Assembly: GCF_000253055.1 (NCBI RefSeq)
Contig: NC_016070.1
Location: 1,796,220 to 1,820,219 of the forward strand
Length of the DNA: 24,000 nt
Reading direction: 5' to 3'
Source of the DNA: Thermoproteus tenax Kra 1
GTDB lineage: Archaea; Thermoproteota; Thermoprotei; Thermoproteales; Thermoproteaceae
The translations under genes and the position numbers were made by a program. Below are positions 8,708 to 15,709 of this stretch, one piece after another. Positions within the stretch are counted from its first letter, which is position 1. The number at the start of each line of letters is the position of its first letter. The notes below the pieces were generated by a model. It was not told where the DNA came from. It did no database searches and saw only the letters and a list, made by a program, of their open reading frames with translations.

Positions 8708-9577
8708 ATGCTCTTGATAGAGGACGTCGACAGCTTGGTGGATCCCGCAAAACTCGTTGAGGACATAGCTGTGGCGCTTAAGGCGGAGAGGGTTGTTCTG
8801 CCGAGGAGGGCGCTCCAAGTCTCGGGCCTCTGGTTTGCTCCAATGGCTGCTTACGTGCGCGGTATGGGCCTCGGTGCCAAGTTGGTCGGAATATTCCCCA
8901 GGGGGAGTCCGCCCGTGAGGGCACTCTCTGTGCTTTTCGATGCGGAGACCGGCGAGATTCTGGCCGCCGCCGACGGGACCAAGCTCACAGGCTGGAGGAC
9001 GGCAGCAGCTAGCGCCCTCGCCGCCAGACTCCTAGGCGTCACAGAAGGCGCTATTGTGGGCATTATAGGCGCCGGCGTACAAGCCGAGTACCACGCGCGC
9101 GTCTTCAGAGCACTCTTCAAGCCGAGCAAGATATTTATCTACAGCAGGAGGAGAGCCGCCGAATTAGCCGGCAGACTGGGCCTCGTGCAAGCCCCTCTCG
9201 AAGCCGTCATGACGGCTGAAGTCATCATCGCCGCCACGAACAGCCAAGAGCCGGTAATCAAAGGGGCCCTCCTGAGGCGGGATGCAGTCGTGATATCGGT
9301 GGGCGCGCCGAGACCCGTAAGAGAGTTGGACGAAGATACGAAAAGGAGAGCTTCGTGTGCCTTGATAGACAGCCCCGAGGCCGCTGAGGAGACGGACGAT
9401 GTGGCGGGCCTCAAGACGACGACTCTTGAGAGCGCGTTGAGCGGGGCCGAGATATGCCGCGGCGAAATTAAGCTCTACAAATCGGTGGGCTACGCGCCCT
9501 TCGATGTGGCAGCTATATACCACGTCTATAGGCGGGCGTTAGAGCTCGGCAGAGGCCGCTCTGCTCATTTAGGCTAG
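8708..9577 (+). CDS. ornithine cyclodeaminase/mu-crystallin family protein (archaeal members include alanine dehydrogenase)
   Basis: 289 aa. LFDAETGEILAAADGTKLTGWRTAAASALAARLL is followed by the Rossmann motif VGIIGAGVQAEYHA, the family hallmark. Confidence 0.85.
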   Translation: MLLIEDVDSLVDPAKLVEDIAVALKAERVVLPRRALQVSGLWFAPMAAYVRGMGLGAKLVGIFPRGSPPVRALSVLFDAETGEILAAADGTKLTGWRTAAASALAARLLGVTEGAIVGIIGAGVQAEYHARVFRALFKPSKIFIYSRRRAAELAGRLGLVQAPLEAVMTAEVIIAATNSQEPVIKGALLRRDAVVISVGAPRPVRELDEDTKRRASCALIDSPEAAEETDDVAGLKTTTLESALSGAEICRGEIKLYKSVGYAPFDVAAIYHVYRRALELGRGRSAHLG

Positions 9578-9634
9578 TCAGCTCGTCTCTTCCTGAGTCT
9601 CACCTATCGATCCATCGACCCGCTCATCACCATT
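9574..9634 (-). ncRNA. candidate C/D box sRNA (weak internal boxes)
   Basis: Minus strand: GTGATGA (9630-9624), then 12 nt, a degenerate centre, GGAAGAGACGAG and CTGA (9581-9578). C-to-D span is 53 nt. The D box abuts the TAG stop of the convergent OCD-family gene, exactly as at the stronger locus at 15579. C'/D' boxes are not recognisable. Confidence 0.3.
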
Positions 9635-9649
9635 TAGATATATGTCACT

Positions 9650-9783
9650 ATGACCCCCTCCCCGCCTTATGCGGGGGCCGCACCGTGGGGGCCTCGGCCG
9701 TTGCCCGGGGTTAGTGGGCCGCGGCGGGTGTCCCCCGCCGGGGCCATCTTACACGCAGGCCGACCCGCCGTATGGCGCGCACC
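9650..9783. ncRNA. GC-rich, highly structured non-coding island; candidate structured RNA of unknown class (minus strand slightly favoured)
   Basis: About 135 nt far more GC-rich than the flanks. It includes an 11-bp+1-mismatch GC hairpin (9717-9745) and a 6-bp hairpin (9660-9676). A TATA element (9785-9793) is preceded on the minus strand by the purine-rich GGAGGAAGG (BRE-like). Open frames on both strands here encode only G/R/P/A low-complexity peptides. Confidence 0.3.
9717..9745. other. perfect-like GC inverted repeat (stem-loop)
   Basis: GGCCGCGGCGGG-TGTCC-CCCGCCGGGGCC. It has 11 Watson-Crick pairs and one G.G mismatch. Confidence 0.8.
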
Positions 9784-9784
9784 G

Positions 9785-9793
9785 CTATTTAAG
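9785..9793. promoter_or_regulatory. TATA element at the edge of the GC-rich island (orientation ambiguous)
   Basis: CTATTTAAG on the + strand, CTTAAATAG on the - strand. On the minus strand it is preceded by purine-rich GGAGGAAGG (BRE-like), predicting a TSS near 9763 reading into the GC island. On the plus strand it would fire toward the 9847-9865 hairpin. Confidence 0.35.
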
Positions 9794-9975
9794 CCTTCCT
9801 CCGCCCTCTTCACTGCTCTGCCATGAAAAATATAGATTAAATCCATCCCCGCTTGAAGGGCGGGGCTTTCTGTTGTAAATATCCTTTAGCTCCTGTTAAC
9901 GATATATTTTCGATATATACAAATATATATAATATTATTTATTTAGAGCGATAGAGCCCTCTGAAGCTCCTTAAG

Positions 9976-9984
9976 TTTTTAAAT
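9976..9984 (+). promoter_or_regulatory. TATA box of the radical SAM gene
   Basis: TTTTTAAAT is centred 26 nt before the ATG at 10006. Confidence 0.5.
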
Positions 9985-10005
9985 GTGCTTCGACATATAA
10001 TACCA

Positions 10006-11637
10006 ATGCCGTGGGAGATCGTCCTCACGGCAGACAGAGGCTCCTTCACAGACTACGGCGGCTCTACCTCGCTCGGCTATATTGCCGATATGCCGGCCCG
10101 CCTCGTGCCCCGCCTCTTTATGGATAAGTTTTTCACCCCTCCGATATCCACCGATAGAGACGGCAGAGCCATCTATGCGCCCTACGCCCTAAGGAAAGTC
10201 GAGGCCATCCTGGCGTCCTCAGGCTACACGGACGTCGCTGTAGTGCCGCCGGAGCGGCTGAGAAAGGCGGTGGGCCCGAAGACAAAGGTTGTGGGCATAA
10301 GCGTACATGACCCCTATGGTCTCTCGCCCGTGGGCACCTTCTTGACTACGATTCTGGGCGGAGGGGAGACGTGGACGGCGCGCTTCTTTAGAGAGTTAGG
10401 CGAGACTATAGAACAGCTCAAACGTAAATACAACGTCAAGGTGATAACGGGCGGCCCCGGCGTTGAGCAGCTCTTGAGGGCCGGCAAGCCGAGCTGGATC
10501 GATGTATTGTTCATAGACGATGTGGAGATCACTCTCCCCAAATGGTTGCCCAAGATAATGGCCGGCGAGGAGGTGCCGCCAGTGATAAGGCCGTCGGTGG
10601 GCGAGTATCCAGCCGCTGAGGATATACCTGCCATATTGAACCCCGCAAGGTTGGGCGAAGTCCAGATAACGCGCGGGTGCCCGAGGGGGTGCCAGTTCTG
10701 TTCTGTGACTCCTGTGACGTTCCGCTCCATACCCATTGAAACTATCGTTAAAGAGGTAGAGGTGAACTTGAGGGCCGGCTGGACTCAAGTCGATCTAATA
10801 ACTGACGACTTGTTGTTATACGGCACCTCGGCGTACGGGCCCGACAGGCTCAAGGTCAACCACAACGCTATAGTCAGACTATATCAGGCCATAAGGTCCG
10901 TCGAAGTTGGCAGAAGGAGGGTTAAGCATATATTCTTCAGCCACGTCTCCGCCGCTCCGGTCGTGGAGTCTCCAAAGACGGTGAAAGCTGTGGCGGAGCT
11001 CGGCGGCTTGGGGCCAGACAAGGGAGTCACGCCGGTGATAGGGCTGGAGACAGGCAGCGTGAGGATTCTGAACAAGTATATGAGGAATAAGGCGTATCCT
11101 TTCCCGCCGGAGAGATGGCACGACGTAGTGCTAGAGTCGGCTATCATACTCAACGAGAACTACATCTATCCTGCCTATACGATGACGATAGGCTATCCCG
11201 ATGAGACTGAGGACGATCTGAGGCAGAGCGAGGAAGTCGTGGAGAAGATAATAGACCACGATCTAGTCGCGTGGATATTCCCCCTCCCAGTGATACCCAT
11301 GTACACCTCCGCCTTGAGGGGCCTCAGACACCCCACGCTTGAGGCATTGCCTGAGGGCTTCTGGGATCTGCTCTACATCAGCTGGAGACATAACCTTAAA
11401 ATCACTAGGAGGTTGGCGCCAGTACTTCTTCAGAACTCTAAAAACAAAATCGTGAGCAAGATCGTGCACTATATGATAGACAGAGTGTTCAACTCCATAG
11501 AGTGGTACTTCAGACAGCTCAAAGAGACTATGGGCCGATCCTCGCTTCAATTCTCCACGTTGAATTTAGACAGCGCGTTGGGAGTTCTGAGATCCATCCT
11601 CTGGCTAACGAGGATCTCGTTTGGCCTAAAGAGCTAG
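10006..11637 (+). CDS. radical SAM protein (B12-binding-like N-terminal domain type)
   Basis: The motif GCPRGCQFC (CX3CX2C, 10678-10701) sits in VQITRGCPRGCQFCSV. The track ORF starts at GTG 9985, immediately after the TATA box TTTTTAAAT (9976-9984). The in-frame ATG at 10006 (MPWEIVLTADRGSF) lies 26 nt from the TATA centre and is preferred. Confidence 0.85.
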   Translation: MPWEIVLTADRGSFTDYGGSTSLGYIADMPARLVPRLFMDKFFTPPISTDRDGRAIYAPYALRKVEAILASSGYTDVAVVPPERLRKAVGPKTKVVGISVHDPYGLSPVGTFLTTILGGGETWTARFFRELGETIEQLKRKYNVKVITGGPGVEQLLRAGKPSWIDVLFIDDVEITLPKWLPKIMAGEEVPPVIRPSVGEYPAAEDIPAILNPARLGEVQITRGCPRGCQFCSVTPVTFRSIPIETIVKEVEVNLRAGWTQVDLITDDLLLYGTSAYGPDRLKVNHNAIVRLYQAIRSVEVGRRRVKHIFFSHVSAAPVVESPKTVKAVAELGGLGPDKGVTPVIGLETGSVRILNKYMRNKAYPFPPERWHDVVLESAIILNENYIYPAYTMTIGYPDETEDDLRQSEEVVEKIIDHDLVAWIFPLPVIPMYTSALRGLRHPTLEALPEGFWDLLYISWRHNLKITRRLAPVLLQNSKNKIVSKIVHYMIDRVFNSIEWYFRQLKETMGRSSLQFSTLNLDSALGVLRSILWLTRISFGLKS

Positions 11638-11682
11638 GCTTTAACGCAACTACAGCTTATTTTTATCAAGTCAGTAGATATC

Positions 11683-12822
11683 GTGCAGTCGCTCTGCGCC
11701 AAATGCCAGGGGAGGAAGATGCTCTGCGGACTTCCTCGCTGTCCCATACTCGACAGAATTAAGGCTGTGAAGGCCTCCCTCTTCAAGATCAGGGGGCGCG
11801 AGATCTTTGGAGCGACGCCCCCCGCGGCCGTCGTGGGCGAGGCCGGCTGGCCCCTAGTGAGAGTTTACATAGGGGAGCCGCCCGAGGTCTCGGGCGACCG
11901 CGCCCGCGACTTCGACGATCCGGCGCGGTTGTGGGGGAAGAGCTTGGAGGAGATAATTGAGCTCAGAAGCTACATGGCCTTCGGCTATATATCCCCTAGG
12001 AGCGCAGGGGATCTGGGCGAGGTCGCGCTCGTGGCGGTCTCGGAGAGGCCCGTCGACGTAGAGATGAAACTGGCCAAAGAGCCCTCAGCCCTACTCAAGT
12101 TCGACCTGAGGGAGAGGCCCATGGGCCCCCGCGCCCCCGTCGACTCGATCAGAGTGGCGGATAACCCGCGCGTGCCCCGGCAGTTGGAGAGGCTTATACA
12201 AGACGATGTGAAAGCAAGCGAGGGAGTGAGGGAACTCTACCTCAAGGGCGTGGACATCTACACAATCCAGAGGGCTTTCGCCTTGGGCCTATTGGGCGCC
12301 CGACACAGGCGGAGGCTTGTGCCAACTCGTTGGAGTATAACTGCCGTTGATGTAGCTGTGGGCGACGTCATCGCAGAGAGAGTAAGGCGCTTGCCCGAGG
12401 TGTCTGAGGCCCTCTATGGATACGGTGAATACCTCGACAATAGGTACCTCGTAATAGTAGTGCCGGGCCCTCTGAAGTTCTCCTATCTTGAGAGATGGAT
12501 GCGAGGAGACAGCGCTGTTGAGATAAGAGTGGACGAGGACGTGTTTGGCCGAAGAAGCACTATGGACGGCGGCTACGAGGCGGCCCGCCTAGCCGTCTTG
12601 GAGAAGCTCGCGGCTATGGGGAGGAGGGGGACGGTCGCCGTCGTGAGACGAATCGGCGAGGGCTACTACGTCTCAGTCGGAAATTGGCAGATCAGGGAGA
12701 CTATCAGGAGGATCCAACTGAGACCTCTAGACGAAGAGTATATCAGGTTCGTCCGGCTGGTCGGCCGCGATCCTCTCTCGCTCGTGAGGCGCTCGGTCAG
12801 ACTGGAGAACTTTTTTAAATGA
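11683..12822 (+). CDS. Nre-family DNA repair protein (archaeal NreA-like, DUF650/DUF651)
   Basis: 379 aa. The N-terminal Cys cluster CAKCQGRKMLCGLPRCP is typical of Nre proteins. The C-terminus SVRLENFFK resembles a PCNA-interacting (PIP) box. GTG start about 21 nt after CTTATTTTTATC. Confidence 0.75.
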   Translation: MQSLCAKCQGRKMLCGLPRCPILDRIKAVKASLFKIRGREIFGATPPAAVVGEAGWPLVRVYIGEPPEVSGDRARDFDDPARLWGKSLEEIIELRSYMAFGYISPRSAGDLGEVALVAVSERPVDVEMKLAKEPSALLKFDLRERPMGPRAPVDSIRVADNPRVPRQLERLIQDDVKASEGVRELYLKGVDIYTIQRAFALGLLGARHRRRLVPTRWSITAVDVAVGDVIAERVRRLPEVSEALYGYGEYLDNRYLVIVVPGPLKFSYLERWMRGDSAVEIRVDEDVFGRRSTMDGGYEAARLAVLEKLAAMGRRGTVAVVRRIGEGYYVSVGNWQIRETIRRIQLRPLDEEYIRFVRLVGRDPLSLVRRSVRLENFFK

Positions 12823-12837
12823 CAGACAGCTGCCGCT

Positions 12838-14928
12838 ATGGCGCTTAAACAGGCCGTAGTCCTTGCGTTGGTCGTAACGGCTCTGTTTCTCTCGGCCCAG
12901 ATTCAGGTCTCGGGCGGATCTCTCGGGTCATGTAATGGGCTCAGCATGACCATATTGAGCGCACAGTGGACGTCGTTGCCCCGCTACCCCGGCGCTCCCG
13001 CCCAACTCTCTCTGACGTTCTATTCAACCTGCGTATACCACGTCGTCACTTTCTCCGTAGTGCCCCAGTGTCCTTATGTGAGACCCGGCGAGCCCACCGT
13101 TGTACAGACCGTGCCGGCGGGTACCGCCTTCGCCGTGCCCGTCCAATTCTACGCCGATAGACTCAACGTCACATGCCCCCTAGAGATAGTGGCCACGGCC
13201 GAGTACGGCCCCGACTATAGTAGCATACTGGGCGCGTCCTCCCCGTATTTCTTGACGCTCTTTATACCCCCGTACCCCGACTTCGCCGCGTCCGTCAACG
13301 GCACCGCGTACCTAGGACTCCCCAACGAAGTCGTACTCAAGATATCGGATCCCTACAGATATCCGGCCCAGATATCTATAAACGGAGAGTCTGCCGCCGT
13401 CATAGCTCCTGCCCGTCCCTTCGTCGTAAATAAGACCGCCGATCTGTCTGTAGTGGTGGTGCCTTATTCGCAACAAGCAGCGTTGATTGTGGATGTTGAA
13501 AGCGCCGACTATCTGGGGAACCCCGTCTCATACTCGTTCACAGTACCTCTGTCTGTGGCCCAGCCGCCGCCAGCCACTCTGAGCATGGTTCCGTCGACTT
13601 TGTATATAGGCCGGGCCAACAATGTGACCATAGAAATCTCCGTGCCCTTCAGAGCCAACGGCACCGCCGTCGTCACGCTGTCCGGCGCCTCCTCGGCCGA
13701 GTCCCCCCTCGTAGTGCCCATAGCGGGCGGAGTCGGCATAGCACACGCGCAGATCACGCCGTTGCAGTCGCCTGTGGTTCTTCAGGCCGTAGTCTATTAT
13801 TCGGTCATGGGCTTTCAACAGAGCGCGCAGATTTCGGCCGAGGTGAACGCGATTCAACCGCAGACGCCGCTCGCCTCGCTCTACATCGCGCCGCAGATGC
13901 TAGTGGAGAATTCGCCGAACAATTTGACTATAGTAATCAGAGCCGATGGGCCTTTCAACTCCTCGGTCACGATCTCCGGAGCCTCCGCCGAGGTACCCAT
14001 GCCCATATATATCTCGGGCGTGGGCTATGCCGCATATTCACTAGTGGTCTACCCGACGTCGCCGCAAGTTGTTGTCACAGCCACAATACAGACGCGCGGC
14101 GGCACTCAACAATACACGGCGTATCTGCCCGCATCGTCGTCGAACGCGTTGTTGGTAGTGCCGACGCCCAGTCTAATCCCTGCGGGCGGCAACAGGACTG
14201 TATACATCAAGCTGATAAATCAGGGGAACATCCCGGTGGAGCGCGGCGTTTTAGTCGTGGGGCCCGCCGCCGGCTCTCCGGCCCTGGGCAAGGTGGGCGT
14301 CTTCAGCTTCGGAGAGCTGGCGCCGGGCGAGTACTTAGACGTGCCTCTATCGTTTCTGGCGCCGGCTACCGCAAGCGGGCCTCTGCCGTTCCAATACACC
14401 ATCTACTACTATACGCCCGCCGGCTCTGGCGTTGAACAAGGCAGCTTCTTCGTGCAAGTCTACCAACGCCCCTCAGTCCAAGTTCTGACCACCTCGGTCG
14501 TGCCCCAGACTCCTCAAGCCGGCTCGCCGCTCTTTATATCGCTCACTTTAGTGAACAACGGATACGAGACCGTTAACAACCTTGAGGTCGCGGCAGTGGC
14601 GCCAGAAGGGCTGACTCCGATGACTCCTACGTTGAACTACGTCGGAAGCCTATCCCCCCAGCAGACTCAAGCCGTCACCTTTTCATTCAACGCCACGAGG
14701 CCCGGCGTCTACAACTTGAGCTTGGTGGTCGCCTATCAAGATCAATACGGGGCCTCCTACAACCTGACGGTGCCGCTCCACATCATCGTCGCCAGTGGCG
14801 CCGTAGCAACTACACAACAGTCTGGACAGCCCCACGGCGGCGCCGCCCTCGCCCCCATCTCGCTTGTCCTCGTCGTTGTCGTTGCCGCGGCCCTAATGGC
14901 CATAGGGATATGGCGGAGGAGGAGATAA
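12838..14928 (+). CDS. large secreted, C-terminally membrane-anchored surface protein with tandem Ig/CARDB-like repeats (COG1361 S-layer-domain-like)
   Basis: 696 aa. N-terminal signal peptide (MALKQAVVLALVVTALFLSAQ) and a C-terminal TM helix plus RRRR tail. At least three related repeats of about 95 aa (for example ...NNVTIEISVP...TLSGASS... and ...NNLTIVIRAD...TISGASA...). CARDB-like LINQGN/LVNNGY segments and many NxS/T sequons. Confidence 0.8.
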   Translation: MALKQAVVLALVVTALFLSAQIQVSGGSLGSCNGLSMTILSAQWTSLPRYPGAPAQLSLTFYSTCVYHVVTFSVVPQCPYVRPGEPTVVQTVPAGTAFAVPVQFYADRLNVTCPLEIVATAEYGPDYSSILGASSPYFLTLFIPPYPDFAASVNGTAYLGLPNEVVLKISDPYRYPAQISINGESAAVIAPARPFVVNKTADLSVVVVPYSQQAALIVDVESADYLGNPVSYSFTVPLSVAQPPPATLSMVPSTLYIGRANNVTIEISVPFRANGTAVVTLSGASSAESPLVVPIAGGVGIAHAQITPLQSPVVLQAVVYYSVMGFQQSAQISAEVNAIQPQTPLASLYIAPQMLVENSPNNLTIVIRADGPFNSSVTISGASAEVPMPIYISGVGYAAYSLVVYPTSPQVVVTATIQTRGGTQQYTAYLPASSSNALLVVPTPSLIPAGGNRTVYIKLINQGNIPVERGVLVVGPAAGSPALGKVGVFSFGELAPGEYLDVPLSFLAPATASGPLPFQYTIYYYTPAGSGVEQGSFFVQVYQRPSVQVLTTSVVPQTPQAGSPLFISLTLVNNGYETVNNLEVAAVAPEGLTPMTPTLNYVGSLSPQQTQAVTFSFNATRPGVYNLSLVVAYQDQYGASYNLTVPLHIIVASGAVATTQQSGQPHGGAALAPISLVLVVVVAAALMAIGIWRRRR

Positions 14929-15578
14929 GAGTTGTCGATGTATACAAGAACTATGGACCATACCCGGCGTTGAGAGGCATCACCTACTCGATACCCAAGG
15001 GCATTTTTCAATGCATAGTGGGCCCCTCGGGCAGCGGGAAGACCACGTTGCTCCACATCATTGGGGGCATTGACAGACCGACCAAGGGGGAGGTCTGGGT
15101 GGCTGGGACTAGGCTGAACGATCTAAGCGATGACGAGCTGGCTGAGTTCAGAAACAGGAATGTGGGCTTCGTATTTCAATTATTTTATCTCGTCCCGCGC
15201 ATGAGCGTGTTGGAGAACGTTGAACTGCCCTTGGTGCTCCGCCGCATTCCCAAGGAGGAAAGGCGGAGGATGGCCCTCGAGGCGCTCAAGTTGGTGGGAC
15301 TGGACGGAGTGGATCCCCGCAAGAGGCCGACTCAGTTATCAGGCGGCGAGCAACAGCGCGTGGCGATAGCGCGCGCCATAGTGGCCAGGCCCAGAGTGCT
15401 TCTTGCCGATGAGCCTACCGGCAATCTAGATAGCGAGACGGCCGCCCGGATAATGGAGACCTTCCTCTCCCTCAAGAGGGAGCTCGGGGTAACCATAGTC
15501 ATGGTGACGCACAATTTAGAGCTGTTGAAGTACTGCGATAGAACCGTGAGAATAAGAGATGGAAAGATAGTGGAATAG
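14910..15578 (+). CDS. ABC transporter ATP-binding protein, MacB/LolD (COG1136) type
   Basis: Walker A GPSGSGKTT, signature LSGGEQQRVAIARA, Walker B LLADEPTGNLD and H-loop VTHN. The start overlaps the upstream gene by 19 nt. Confidence 0.95.
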   Translation: MAEEEIRVVDVYKNYGPYPALRGITYSIPKGIFQCIVGPSGSGKTTLLHIIGGIDRPTKGEVWVAGTRLNDLSDDELAEFRNRNVGFVFQLFYLVPRMSVLENVELPLVLRRIPKEERRRMALEALKLVGLDGVDPRKRPTQLSGGEQQRVAIARAIVARPRVLLADEPTGNLDSETAARIMETFLSLKRELGVTIVMVTHNLELLKYCDRTVRIRDGKIVE

Positions 15579-15632
15579 TCAGCACTCGGCAAAACTCTTC
15601 ACGCCTCCGAGAGGTTCCCACTCATCATACTC
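15575..15632 (-). ncRNA. C/D box guide sRNA
   Basis: Minus strand: ATGATGA (C, 15628-15622), GTGGGAACCTCT (12 nt), CGGA (D'), GGC, GTGAAGA (C'), GTTTTGCCGAGTG (13 nt), CTGA (D, 15582-15579). A TATA box TTAATATA lies about 22 nt upstream of the C box. The D guide complements the conserved LSU rRNA core ACUCGGCAAA. Confidence 0.7.
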
Positions 15633-15646
15633 GGCCGTTGGCCGAC

Positions 15647-15654
15647 TATATTAA
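15647..15654 (-). promoter_or_regulatory. TATA box for the C/D box sRNA
   Basis: Minus-strand TTAATATA lies 18 nt upstream of the C box. This puts the TSS a few nt before ATGATGA. Confidence 0.5.
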
Positions 15655-15709
15655 GCTTGTCGGCGGCCTCACGACATGCTTAATAGCGTTTAAATAGATC
15701 GATCTAGAT

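Noticed and set aside
8482-8766. 94-aa minus-strand ORF
   Set aside because: It is an S/T/P/R low-complexity peptide lying antisense to two plausible + strand genes and to the promoter and start of the OCD-family gene.
9646-9795. Assignment of the GC island to a known RNA class (tRNA or split tRNA, 5S rRNA, SRP RNA, RNase P RNA, H/ACA)
   Set aside because: By eye it has no T-loop (GGTTCRAATCC) or 7-nt anticodon loop, and no 5S loop-C motif (GAAGUUAAGC). It has no SRP helix-8 GNAR/AGCA motifs, and its length is far below about 300 nt. CR-I/CR-V-like strings (ACAGAAAGCC, GGAAGGCUUAAAU) occur in the wrong order and partly in A/T-rich sequence. The hairpins have no internal pocket, K-turn or properly placed ACA. 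Only a covariance-model search could settle this.
9669-9878. 69-aa + strand ORF, and a 59-aa minus-strand ORF I found across the same GC-rich island
   Set aside because: Both encode G/R/P/A low-complexity peptides, as expected from open frames in GC-rich non-coding DNA. Neither has a properly spaced promoter in front of its start codon.
9897-9946. A/T-rich tract as a replication origin unwinding element
   Set aside because: I could find no flanking ORB or mini-ORB inverted repeats, and there is no orc1/cdc6 gene in the window. The tract is adequately explained as promoter-rich spacer.
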